Source: Acaryochloris thomasi RCC1774
Lineage (GTDB): Bacteria > Cyanobacteriota > Cyanobacteriia > Thermosynechococcales > Thermosynechococcaceae
DNA: 32,000 nucleotides
Direction: 5' to 3'
NCBI RefSeq assembly: GCF_003231495.1
Contig: NZ_PQWO01000025.1
Span: 1-32,000 of the forward strand
A model generated the notes under the pieces. It was not told the DNA's origin and ran no database searches. It saw only the letters and a list, made by a program, of their open reading frames with translations. Numbering within the stretch: the first letter of the stretch is position 1; each line of letters begins with the position of its first letter. The position numbers and the translations under genes are program-made. This document shows, in pieces, positions 18,701 through 28,980 of this stretch.

Positions 18701-19483
18701 ATGTCGTTGTGCTCTTTGTCTACCATGTTCTCTTTAGAATCGCCCAGCGACCCAACCCAATTAACGATCACAGCTCCTCGCGATAGTCTTTTCCAGGTCA
18801 GAGGTGTAACGAAGACCTATGTGATGGGCGAAGTGACGGTTGAGGCTCTCAGAGCAGTAGATTTGGACCTCTATGAAGGTGAATTTGTTGTTCTATTAGG
18901 CCCATCCGGAAGTGGTAAATCAACCCTGCTGAATATCCTTGGGGGGCTTGATATTCCCTCCAGTGGTCAAGTCACCTTTCACGGCCAAGATTTAACCGCT
19001 GCAAATGATCGGACTCTCACCCGATTCCGTCGTGAGAGCGTGGGCTTCGTGTTCCAGTTCTACAATCTGATTCCTAGCCTGACGGCCCGCGAGAATGTTG
19101 CTTTGGTCACCGATATCGCTCCCCACCCAATGCACCCTCGGGAGGCGCTGGAGCGGGTTCATTTGGGCGATCGCATCAATCATTTCCCAGCTCAGCTTTC
19201 GGGGGGAGAGCAGCAGAGAGTTGCGATCGCAAGAGCCATTGCCAAACGCCCTCAAGTCCTCCTTTGTGACGAACCCACGGGAGCCTTAGACTTTCAGACT
19301 GGCAAACTGGTCCTCGAAGCCCTCGCCCAAGTCAATCAAGATTTAGGCACCACAACAGCGGTCATTACACACAATGCTGGCATCGCAGCGATGGCTGACA
19401 GGGTAATCACAATGCGGAGTGGGGAGATCGTAACGGTGCAGCGAAATGAACAGAAGGAGTCGCCAGGGGAGCTGGAGTGGTAA
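18701..19483 (+). CDS. ABC transporter ATP-binding protein (MacB/LolD-like)
   Basis: Walker [10 protein letters not shown], signature LSGGEQQR, Walker B LLCDEPT. The start is moved to ATG 18701 (alternative ATG 18725), because the GTG at 18671 would lie at the predicted transcript start of the upstream module. Confidence 0.9.
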   Translation: MSLCSLSTMFSLESPSDPTQLTITAPRDSLFQVRGVTKTYVMGEVTVEALRAVDLDLYEGEFVVLLGPSGSGKSTLLNILGGLDIPSSGQVTFHGQDLTAANDRTLTRFRRESVGFVFQFYNLIPSLTARENVALVTDIAPHPMHPREALERVHLGDRINHFPAQLSGGEQQRVAIARAIAKRPQVLLCDEPTGALDFQTGKLVLEALAQVNQDLGTTTAVITHNAGIAAMADRVITMRSGEIVTVQRNEQKESPGELEW

Positions 19484-21847
19484 ATGACATCTCTGGACCA
19501 AAAGCTCCTGCGTGATCTTCTTCATCTGAAGGGGCAATTAGTTGCGATCTCACTGATCGTAGCCTGCGGCATAGCCTGTCTGGTCTCCATGCTCAGTGCC
19601 TATGATTCCCTACAGCTTTCTCAGCAAACTTACTACGATCGCTATCGGTTTGCAGACGTGTTTGTGCAGCTCAAACGAGCACCAGATTCCCTTGCAGCTC
19701 GGATTGCAGAAATTCCCGGTGTACAGCAGGTGCAGACACGGGTCGTTGTGGATGTGAACTTAGATGTGCCAAAGTTGGCGGAACCCGCAACGGGACGGCT
19801 TATTGCTATCCCTGAGCAGCAGATGCCGATTTTGAACGATTTATTTATTCGCAAAGGCCAATATATCGAGCCGGGACAGCGGGAGCAAGTCTTAGTCAGT
19901 GAAGTATTTGCCCAAGCAAATAATCTAGAGATTGGCGACACACTGGGTGCAGTGATCAATGAACGATGGCAGCAGTTGCGTATTGTGGGCGTTGCCCTAT
20001 CCCCCGAATACGTTTACGAAATTCGAGGAACGGAGCTTTTTCCTGATAATCAGCGTTTTGGTGTGATGTGGATGGGGCGCGAAGCTCTGGGGACCGCCTT
20101 TGATCTTGATGGCGCTTTCAATGATGTGGCGCTGTCGTTGATGCCAGGGACCAATCAATCAGAGGTGATTTTTCGGCTCGATCAACTCTTGGAACCCTAT
20201 GGAGGCCTGGGGGCTTACCCGCGAGAGGACCAAATCTCGCATCAGTTTATTAACAGTGAGATTGAGAGTTTAGCGGCGTCAGCGGTGATGCTTCCCATCA
20301 TCTTTCTTGGGATTGCAGCGTTTTTACTGAACTTGGTGCTGGCACGACTGGTGAGTACTCAACGCGATCAGATTGCTGTGCTCAAAGCCTTTGGCTATAG
20401 CAATCTTGCCGTAGGTCTGCACTACGTGAAGCTGGTGCTGGCGATTACGATTCTAGGGGCAGGATTAGGGACCGCTCTAGGCGTCTGGTTCGGAGCTGCG
20501 ATTACTGAGAACTATGCCCGTTTCTACCACTTTCCAGTTTTGGAGTACCGGGCGGGGTTTAATGTAGTTGCGATCGCAATTCAAGTCAGCGTCGGCGCAG
20601 CGGTCCTCGGGACATTAACAGCAGTCAAACAGGCCGTCTCCCTTCCCCCCGCAGAAGCGATGCGACCTGAGCCTCCCGCAGTATATCGAGCCACGATTCT
20701 AGAACGAGTGGGACTGCAGCGGTTCTTGTCCCCCGTCGGTCAAATTATTGTCCGCAATCTAGAACGGCGGTGGATTCAGGCTGCTTTAGCCATCATCGGC
20801 ATTGCCGCAGCCGTCGCTATTCTCGTTATCGGTCGCTACTTTGAGGATGCCACGAACTACATCGTTGAAGTTCAGTTTCGCCAGGTGCAGCGCGATGATG
20901 TCACCCTGGTCTTTAATGAGCCACTGTCCGGTCGCGCCCGTTATGAACTGAAGCAGTTGCCAGGAGTACTGCAGGCCGAGTCCTTCCGAGCCATACCGGC
21001 GCGTCTACGCTTTCAGCATCAAACCCATCTCACTGGGTTGACGGGCCTCGAACCTCAGGGTGAGTTGCGTCGTCTATTAGATCAAGACCTGCATCCAGTT
21101 CCCTTACCGAGCAATGGCGTGGTCTTGACCACAAAGTTAGCCGAAATTCTGGGCGTCAACGTGGGTGATCCGCTCACGGTAGAGGTTTTAGAAGGAGAAC
21201 GCCCCATTCGCACCGTTCCGGTGGTGGGGTTGGTGGACGAACTGATCGGTTTAGGAGCCTATATGGATATCCATGCGATCAACACCTTAATGCGAGAAGG
21301 CCAAACCGTCTCAGGAGCCTACCTCTCGGTGGACTCTTACCACTTGAGCAAGCTCTATGCTGAGCTTAAAGAAACACCTGCCGTCGCAAGTGTCGCTCTC
21401 CGCGAGCGAGTCATTGAGGAGTTCGACAAAACGATTGCCGAGAGCTTCACCATCTTCACGACGGTCCTGGTTATCTTTGCCAGCGTAATTGCCTTTGGCG
21501 TGGTCTACAACGTGGCCCGAATTGCCCTTTCAGAACGAGGACGTGAACTGGCAACCCTACGGATCATAGGGTTCACCAAGGCAGAAATCGCTGTGATCTT
21601 GCTGGGCGAACAGGCCATCGTCACCGCCCTTGCAATCCCTCTGGGATGTGGCATCGGATTCGGCCTCGCCGCCCTGATTACCCAAGCCTACGACTGGGAG
21701 CTATTTCGCTTCCCGTTAATCGTCACTCCCGCCAGCTACGCCTTCGCCTTTTTCGTGATTACGATCGCGGCCCTTGGTTCAGGATGGCTGATCCGCCGCC
21801 AGCTCAATCACCTTGATTTAATTGCAGTCCTCAAAACACGCGAATGA
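19484..21847 (+). CDS. ABC transporter permease, FtsX/MacB type with two permease modules
   Basis: 787 aa with two 4-TM FtsX-like modules separated by large extracytoplasmic domains. Its start immediately follows the ATPase stop. Confidence 0.88.
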   Translation: MTSLDQKLLRDLLHLKGQLVAISLIVACGIACLVSMLSAYDSLQLSQQTYYDRYRFADVFVQLKRAPDSLAARIAEIPGVQQVQTRVVVDVNLDVPKLAEPATGRLIAIPEQQMPILNDLFIRKGQYIEPGQREQVLVSEVFAQANNLEIGDTLGAVINERWQQLRIVGVALSPEYVYEIRGTELFPDNQRFGVMWMGREALGTAFDLDGAFNDVALSLMPGTNQSEVIFRLDQLLEPYGGLGAYPREDQISHQFINSEIESLAASAVMLPIIFLGIAAFLLNLVLARLVSTQRDQIAVLKAFGYSNLAVGLHYVKLVLAITILGAGLGTALGVWFGAAITENYARFYHFPVLEYRAGFNVVAIAIQVSVGAAVLGTLTAVKQAVSLPPAEAMRPEPPAVYRATILERVGLQRFLSPVGQIIVRNLERRWIQAALAIIGIAAAVAILVIGRYFEDATNYIVEVQFRQVQRDDVTLVFNEPLSGRARYELKQLPGVLQAESFRAIPARLRFQHQTHLTGLTGLEPQGELRRLLDQDLHPVPLPSNGVVLTTKLAEILGVNVGDPLTVEVLEGERPIRTVPVVGLVDELIGLGAYMDIHAINTLMREGQTVSGAYLSVDSYHLSKLYAELKETPAVASVALRERVIEEFDKTIAESFTIFTTVLVIFASVIAFGVVYNVARIALSERGRELATLRIIGFTKAEIAVILLGEQAIVTALAIPLGCGIGFGLAALITQAYDWELFRFPLIVTPASYAFAFFVITIAALGSGWLIRRQLNHLDLIAVLKTRE

Positions 21848-21860
21848 GGAGAAAACACTG

Positions 21861-23342
21861 ATGACTCAACAACAACATCGGTCTCCACTCCCTAGAGTGC
21901 GACACCCCCAACCACCCCCATCGGAGCCGCCTCCATCTCCAACCGTTTCTGATGGCGATCCCCCACAGTCCGCCCCCCCTCCATCTCACCATTCCTCAAC
22001 TCAAAACTCAAAATTCAAAATTCCCAAACGCCTCCCCTACTGGCTAGCCGGTCTAGGCGTCGTCACGCTCATCGCCTTGGCCTTCCGCCCCTCTCCCATC
22101 CCCGTAGATTTAGGCGAAGTCAAACGCGGTCCCCTCCAGGTCACAGTAGATGCAGAGGGTAAAACTAGAGTGCGAGATCGCTTCACCGTCGCGGCCTCTG
22201 TCTCCGGTCGTCTAGCCCGCATTGACCTAGATCCGGGTGACCCAATTAAAGGCGGCACCGTGATCGCTCGAATTGATCCGCTGCCCCTCAATATCAAGGT
22301 GCGAGAGTCGCAGGCTCGACTGCGGGAGCTACGCGCTCAGTTGGCTGGAGTAGAGACCCAACGCCCTAAGTCGGCGGCATTGGCCCAAGCCCAAGCCCAG
22401 ATTCAAGGTGCGATCGCAACCCAACAACAAGCCGAAGCTAAATATCAAGAAGCCCAGGCCGACCTCGCTCAGACAAGTCGCGATCGCAAACGCGCCCAAG
22501 ACCTTGAGAAATCCGGTGCCCAATCTCGTAAGGTTAGAGAAGATGCAGAGCTAGCTGAGACTCAACGGCAACAAGAAGTAAAGGCCGCCCGGAATCAGGT
22601 GGAAGTTGCCGCAGCAAATGTAGCCGCAGCCCGAAAAGCGCTATCTGTCCTCCAGGCCGAGCAGAAAGATCCTGACTACCTCCAGGATGTCTATCGCGCT
22701 CAAATTGCCAGTACAGAATCCACGTTGACCAATCTTGCCGATGAAGCCCGTCGCACTGCTGTTCGCGCTCCGGTGGGGGGGAATGTACTCCGAGTGATGG
22801 AAGAAAGTGCTCGCTTTGTTCAGGCAGGCGATCCGCTCCTTGAGTTAGGCAATGCTACCCAACTGGAATTGGCAATCGATGTTCTCTCCACCGATGCAGT
22901 TAAAGTCAAACCAGGTGCCTCAATCAACATTGAACACTGGGGTGGAGAGCAACCTCTGCAGGCCCAAGTCCGCTACTTAGAACCGTCAGCCTTCACAGAG
23001 GTTTCCGCCTTGGGGGTCGATGAGCAGCGTGTGAATGTGATTGCCAATTTTGCCAATCCACCTCGGTCTTTGGGGGATGGCTATCGGGTCGAAGCTCAAA
23101 TCGTGGTTTGGGAAGATGAAGACGCCTTGAAAGTTCCTTTGAGTGCCCTGTTTCGTTGTGGCGATCAGGACTGGTGTACGTTTGTGGCTGAGCAGGGGAA
23201 AGCCCAGCGGCGTCAGGTGGTGATTGGTCAGCGAAGTAGTTTAGAGGCTGCGGTTGATGAAGGATTGAAAGCAGGTGATCAGGTGATTTTGCATCCCAGT
23301 GAGCAGATCAAAGCAGGGCAGTGGATTAGTAACAGATCATAA
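21861..23342 (+). CDS. HlyD-family periplasmic adaptor (membrane fusion protein)
   Basis: Pro-rich N-terminus, a TM segment, a long Ala/Gln/Glu coiled-coil and a beta-barrel tail. ATG 21861, preceded by GAGGAG, is preferred over the TTG/overlap start at 21822. Confidence 0.85.
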   Translation: MTQQQHRSPLPRVRHPQPPPSEPPPSPTVSDGDPPQSAPPPSHHSSTQNSKFKIPKRLPYWLAGLGVVTLIALAFRPSPIPVDLGEVKRGPLQVTVDAEGKTRVRDRFTVAASVSGRLARIDLDPGDPIKGGTVIARIDPLPLNIKVRESQARLRELRAQLAGVETQRPKSAALAQAQAQIQGAIATQQQAEAKYQEAQADLAQTSRDRKRAQDLEKSGAQSRKVREDAELAETQRQQEVKAARNQVEVAAANVAAARKALSVLQAEQKDPDYLQDVYRAQIASTESTLTNLADEARRTAVRAPVGGNVLRVMEESARFVQAGDPLLELGNATQLELAIDVLSTDAVKVKPGASINIEHWGGEQPLQAQVRYLEPSAFTEVSALGVDEQRVNVIANFANPPRSLGDGYRVEAQIVVWEDEDALKVPLSALFRCGDQDWCTFVAEQGKAQRRQVVIGQRSSLEAAVDEGLKAGDQVILHPSEQIKAGQWISNRS

Positions 23343-23349
23343 TTTCTCC

Positions 23350-23381
23350 CTCATAGAAACCTCAAAGTAATTTTTTAGAGT
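23350..23381 (+). promoter_or_regulatory. Recurrent promoter-like module, instance F (most divergent)
   Basis: CTCATAGAAACCTCAAAGT-aattttt-TAGAGT, 22 nt before ATG 23403. Confidence 0.4.
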
Positions 23382-23402
23382 TGGTGTGTGGCAATCTAAA
23401 CC

Positions 23403-23822
23403 ATGTATGAATTTGAGGAGCTAACTTTTACTATGGAGTACCTCTACTTTTTTGCGAATGCTAGCCTCACACTTGAAGCGATCGACTATTTGATTAAACG
23501 CGATCACCTTCCCTTGGATTACGTTACTGTTGTCCATTCACCTGAGGGATGGTTGATTCGGATGAAATTTGACGGATGCATCGAGCCTAAGTTGGAGGCC
23601 GATTTCCTGGCGGTAATGAATGAATTTGGCCATCCCTACGAGGCTTCTATGCCGATGGTTATAGCTTTGGAGGGTATAGATACAGGCCAGACAACGGAAG
23701 AAATCTTGCATCGACATCTAATTTCAGTCATTGCTCACGGAAAACCAGATCGGAAAAACATCGAAGTCTTTCAGCAAGAGTTCGTCCAAGGGGCATCTAT
23801 CTGCCCAAAAAGTCTCAAATAG
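23403..23822 (+). CDS. Hypothetical protein (139 aa)
   Basis: Long ORF with no overlapping competitor. No family recognised. Confidence 0.5.
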   Translation: MYEFEELTFTMEYLYFFANASLTLEAIDYLIKRDHLPLDYVTVVHSPEGWLIRMKFDGCIEPKLEADFLAVMNEFGHPYEASMPMVIALEGIDTGQTTEEILHRHLISVIAHGKPDRKNIEVFQQEFVQGASICPKSLK

Positions 23823-23848
23823 TTGTTGCTGAATGGGAGGATTTTGCG

Positions 23849-24280
23849 ATGATTAATACTAATTCAAGCCAACATTCCGAACAGACTCAGACTGAGTTCG
23901 GTTCTTGGGATGCTCCTCTTACAGAACCGCTATCGGGGTCTCAGCCGACGGATCATCCATCACCGATCTCATCTCCCCCCTTTCTCAGCCCCGCAGGTGT
24001 CCCAATGCCCTGTGTAATTTCTCTGGCAGGGAGTCCAACCGTGCAGTCTCTAATGCATTGGGGATTGAAGCTCTCTCCGAAGAGTCTCCATGTTGCGGAA
24101 TGGAGAGATGCTCTGGCGCTTTTGATGTGGCAAGCCTCTGTCCTCCGGTTGTCTCAGATGCTCATTGAAGACGAGTTGAAGCTCAAAGTCTGCCGTAAAG
24201 GAACGCTGAGAACTCAAATTCAGAATGCGTTAGCACTCCTCTTTTGGTTGGGGAATGATGGTGTAATGAGCCATGCTTAA
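23849..24280 (+). CDS. Hypothetical protein (143 aa) with a Pro/Ser-rich N-terminal half
   Basis: GGGAGG lies 8 nt before the ATG. No family recognised. Confidence 0.45.
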   Translation: MINTNSSQHSEQTQTEFGSWDAPLTEPLSGSQPTDHPSPISSPPFLSPAGVPMPCVISLAGSPTVQSLMHWGLKLSPKSLHVAEWRDALALLMWQASVLRLSQMLIEDELKLKVCRKGTLRTQIQNALALLFWLGNDGVMSHA

Positions 24281-24311
24281 ATGTCGATGCAGTTCTTAAT
24301 CGATGTAGCTG

Positions 24312-25352
24312 ATGCAAACGGGTTCGCTGTCTTGTCCGATTCCCATTGAGCAATACCCGCATGTTCTTCTGGCCCATGGGGGCGGTGGCAAATTAATGCA
24401 TCAGCTCATTGAGCAGATGTTTATGAGATTGTTCCAGCCAGAGGTGCGTTGTCAGCACGATTCGGCAGTGTTGGAGATGCCGTCAGGACGCCTCGCCTTT
24501 ACGACCGATTCCTATGTGGTACATCCCCTATTTTTCCCTGGGGGTGATATTGGTTCTTTGGCCGTTCACGGGACCATCAACGATCTAGCAATGGCGGGTG
24601 CTCGTCCCCTATATCTCAGCGCCAGCTTCATTCTAGAAGAGGGGCTAGCGATGGATACGCTCTGGCAAGTTGTGCAATCAATGCATCAGGCCGCTCAGCA
24701 GGCTAATGTACGGGTGGTAACAGGAGACACAAAGGTTGTAGAACGAGGCAAGGGCGACGGTCTGTTTATTAATACAGCGGGCGTTGGTGTGATTGAGCAC
24801 GAGCAAGTGATCCATCCGCAGTCTGTACGCCCCGGAGATGTCGTGTTGCTCAACGGTGACGTTGGACGCCACGGCATTGCCGTAATCGCAGTTAGGGAAG
24901 GGCTAGAGTTTGAAAGCAATATTGAGAGCGATTCTGCTTTGCTCAATGATGTAGTGCTAAAGCTATTAGAGGCTGGGGTTGAGCTGCACTGTTTACGAGA
25001 TTTGACTCGGGGGGGGCTTGCGAGTGCGTTGAACGAGATTGCAGAAGCCGCAGGGGTTACAATCGCACTCCAAGAAACAAGCATTCCCGTCCGAAAAGAT
25101 GTGCAGGGAGCCTGTGAGATTCTTGGATTTGATCCGTTATATGTTGCTAACGAAGGACGATTTGTAGCATTTATCCCGCAAAAATCTGTTGATCTAGCCC
25201 TTTCCATTTTGCACAGCCAAAATCATCCCTTGGCCCAGGTTATTGGTCAAGTGACAGAGAGTTCAGCGGCTCGTGTCACTATCAAGAGCAGAATTGGAAC
25301 TCAGCGCATTGTTGACATGCTAAGTGGTGAACAGCTTCCCCGAATTTGCTAA
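24312..25352 (+). CDS. hypE: [NiFe]-hydrogenase maturation protein HypE
   Basis: LAHGGGG near the N-terminus, a PurM-like fold ([20 protein letters not shown]), and the diagnostic C-terminal PRIC. Confidence 0.9.
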   Translation: MQTGSLSCPIPIEQYPHVLLAHGGGGKLMHQLIEQMFMRLFQPEVRCQHDSAVLEMPSGRLAFTTDSYVVHPLFFPGGDIGSLAVHGTINDLAMAGARPLYLSASFILEEGLAMDTLWQVVQSMHQAAQQANVRVVTGDTKVVERGKGDGLFINTAGVGVIEHEQVIHPQSVRPGDVVLLNGDVGRHGIAVIAVREGLEFESNIESDSALLNDVVLKLLEAGVELHCLRDLTRGGLASALNEIAEAAGVTIALQETSIPVRKDVQGACEILGFDPLYVANEGRFVAFIPQKSVDLALSILHSQNHPLAQVIGQVTESSAARVTIKSRIGTQRIVDMLSGEQLPRIC

Positions 25353-25457
25353 GCGGCTAATGTCAGTTATGTAATTGTCTCGATAACAAACTTTTTGGGT
25401 TCTTCCCAGCTTTTGATGTCGCTTACTGCAGTCTTATGAGGTTATAGGTGTAGATAC

Positions 25458-25489
25458 TTCACAAGTTCCTCAAGTTATCGGTTTATAAA
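25458..25489 (+). promoter_or_regulatory. Recurrent promoter-like module, instance G (upstream of the N-ATPase operon)
   Basis: TTCACAAGTTCCTCAAGTT-atcggtt-TATAAA, about 60 nt before ATG 25550. Confidence 0.5.
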
Positions 25490-25495
25490 TCCTAA

Positions 25496-26983
<1,488 letters not shown>

Positions 26984-26984
26984 C

Positions 26985-27021
26985 GAGTTATGAGTTTTGA
27001 AGGATGAGTTTCGAGTTAGGA
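26985..27021 (+). repeat. TGAGTTT-rich dispersed repeat, copy R3
   Basis: gagttatgagttttgaaggatgagtttcgagttagga, directly after the atpD stop. This copy is the closest match to R2. Confidence 0.5.
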
Positions 27022-27052
27022 CTATCTTCATCTCTGAAATTTTTGTGAAATC

Positions 27053-27430
27053 ATGCAAATCCAGATCTTTCTGCCGAATGAAATTTTGATTGACCAGTCT
27101 GTGAGTAAAGTCACGGCAGAGGCTGAGCATGGCACATTTTGTCTGTTGCCGCACCACATTGATTGTTTAGCAATTCTGGTTCCTGGCATTGTGACGCTGG
27201 TTGCTGACCAGGGCGAGGAAACCTTTGTCGCAGTAGATGAAGGGATTTTAGTGAAGTCTGGATCAGAGGTTCGGATCTCGACTCGCAATGCAGCGCAGGG
27301 GACAGAGTTAAATTGCTTGAAACAGCAGGTTGAGCAACAGTTCCGTGCAATCGATGAACAAGAACGATTAACCCGGTCTGCCCTCGCTCAGTTAGAAGCA
27401 AGTTTGGCACGTTACTTTACTGCGCTGTAG
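27053..27430 (+). CDS. atpC: ATP synthase epsilon subunit (N-ATPase)
   Basis: 125 aa. The N-terminal beta-sandwich pattern (ILIDQSVSKVTAEAEHGTFCLLPHHID) and its position after atpD support the call. Confidence 0.8.
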   Translation: MQIQIFLPNEILIDQSVSKVTAEAEHGTFCLLPHHIDCLAILVPGIVTLVADQGEETFVAVDEGILVKSGSEVRISTRNAAQGTELNCLKQQVEQQFRAIDEQERLTRSALAQLEASLARYFTAL

Positions 27431-27433
27431 GGA

Positions 27434-27754
27434 GTGGCATTGATGGGCAAACCACAACACCCAGAGGATTTGAATCCAACTAGAAAGGATGCGTTTCAAA
27501 GACAGGTCGAGGGTAAGGTTGACCGCAAAATCAAAGCGCGTCAACAGAAGAAGAGCGTCTGGTTTGGGTTAGGGATGTTTGGGTTAGTGGGGTGGTCGGT
27601 GGCGATTCCAACGCTGCTGGGCATTGCGCTGGGTGTGTGGCTCGACAGGCATATTTCTAGTCGCTATTCCTGGACTCTGATGATGTTGGTGATTGGGATG
27701 GGTTTAGGCTGCTTCAATGCCTGGTACTGGATCAGCAAGGAGAGCGGTCGATGA
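27434..27754 (+). CDS. atpQ: N-ATPase accessory membrane protein AtpQ (AtpI-like, 'F0F1-ATPase subunit, putative' family)
   Basis: Charged N-terminus followed by WFGLGMFGLVGWSVAIPTLLGIALGVWLD and SWTLMMLVIGMGLGCFNAWYW, the pattern I recall for AtpQ. The start could be ATG 27443. Confidence 0.7.
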   Translation: MALMGKPQHPEDLNPTRKDAFQRQVEGKVDRKIKARQQKKSVWFGLGMFGLVGWSVAIPTLLGIALGVWLDRHISSRYSWTLMMLVIGMGLGCFNAWYWISKESGR

Positions 27755-28980
27755 ATGAGACGGTTCTTCTTTATCTTGTCTTGCTGGTTGGGACAACCGT
27801 TGTGGTGTCTATTTTGATCAAGGCAGGGCTGGAACGGATCGGTGTAGCTCCGTTAGTGGGGTATGTGTTGCTTGGCTTTGTTTTACAACTTTTAGATAGT
27901 CGTGGTTTTCTAACCTCCAACACCGTCTTAGAAGTCTATGGTTTTCTGGCAGAGCTAGGCATTATCTCGTTACTGTTCCGAGTTGGCCTAGAGAGCAACC
28001 TCAGTGGATTATTACGTCAGTTACCCCACGCTTGCTTCCTGCTTACGGGGGATGTGCTGCTGAGCGGGTCTTTTGGTTTTGTCACAGCCTATTTCCTGTT
28101 GAAATTATCACTGATTCCCAGTCTGTTTATTAGCATTGCGCTGGTGGCAACGAGCGTGGGTATTTCGCTCAGCGTATGGCAAGAATCCCAGGCGCTCAAC
28201 TCAAAAAACGGAGAGTTACTCCTCGATATCGCTGAGATGGATGACATTGCGGCGATTATTCTCATGTCCTTATTGTTCGCAATTGCTCCGTTTTGGAATG
28301 GTGGTCAAGAAATAAGTTTCATTCCCCTTCTCGGGGAAGTGCTTGGACCGTTCCTATTAAAAGTTCTGATTTTTGGTACGTTCTGCTTGATCTTTTTCCG
28401 CTATATTGAGCACCCACTCACTCATTTTTTCAGCAAGATTGAGCCAGCCCCCGATCCGATGTTGATGGTTGCGGGGACTGGTTTTATGATTGCTGCTCTA
28501 GCTGGACTATTGGGTTTTTCCGTTGCTGTAGGGGCATTCTTTGCCGGACTGGCATTTAGCCGTGATCCAGAAGCCGTCAAACTGGATGCCTCTTTTGGAG
28601 CGCTGTACGAATTCTTTGTTCCCTTTTTCTTTGTCAATATTGGCTTGCAGATTAAGTTGCAGGCTCTGGAAACTGCGCTGGGATTGAGTGTACTGCTCCT
28701 GATCGTAGCACTGCTCGGTAAGCTCATTGGCATTGGGGGACTGATGTTGATCACTCGAAGCGAGGCTGCAAGTGCGACATTGTTGGGAATTAGTATGATT
28801 CCTCGTGCAGAAATTACGATGGTGATTATGCAGAGAGGGCGTGATTTAGGAGATTGGGCAGTATCGTCTCAAATTTTTGCTGGTATGGCCTTGGTTGCGA
28901 TCGCAACCTGCATCATCTCTCCAGTACTGCTATACCCCTTACTCAAGCAGTGGCCTCAAAAACAAGAGGTTAAAGCATGA
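27751..28980 (+). CDS. Cation:proton antiporter (Na+/H+ exchanger superfamily, CPA2-like, no KTN domain)
   Basis: 409 aa and about 11-12 TM segments. The N-terminal LLVGTTVVVSILIKAGLERIGVAPLVGYVLLGFVL is typical of Kef/NapA-type exchangers. The start ATG overlaps the atpQ stop and the stop overlaps the atpR start. Confidence 0.85.
   Translation: MNETVLLYLVLLVGTTVVVSILIKAGLERIGVAPLVGYVLLGFVLQLLDSRGFLTSNTVLEVYGFLAELGIISLLFRVGLESNLSGLLRQLPHACFLLTGDVLLSGSFGFVTAYFLLKLSLIPSLFISIALVATSVGISLSVWQESQALNSKNGELLLDIAEMDDIAAIILMSLLFAIAPFWNGGQEISFIPLLGEVLGPFLLKVLIFGTFCLIFFRYIEHPLTHFFSKIEPAPDPMLMVAGTGFMIAALAGLLGFSVAVGAFFAGLAFSRDPEAVKLDASFGALYEFFVPFFFVNIGLQIKLQALETALGLSVLLLIVALLGKLIGIGGLMLITRSEAASATLLGISMIPRAEITMVIMQRGRDLGDWAVSSQIFAGMALVAIATCIISPVLLYPLLKQWPQKQEVKA

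Noticed and set aside
21822-21860. Upstream start that extends the HlyD adaptor ORF to overlap the permease gene
   Set aside because: ATG 21861 has a GAGGAG Shine-Dalgarno at the proper distance. The extension adds only an unconserved-looking 13 aa.
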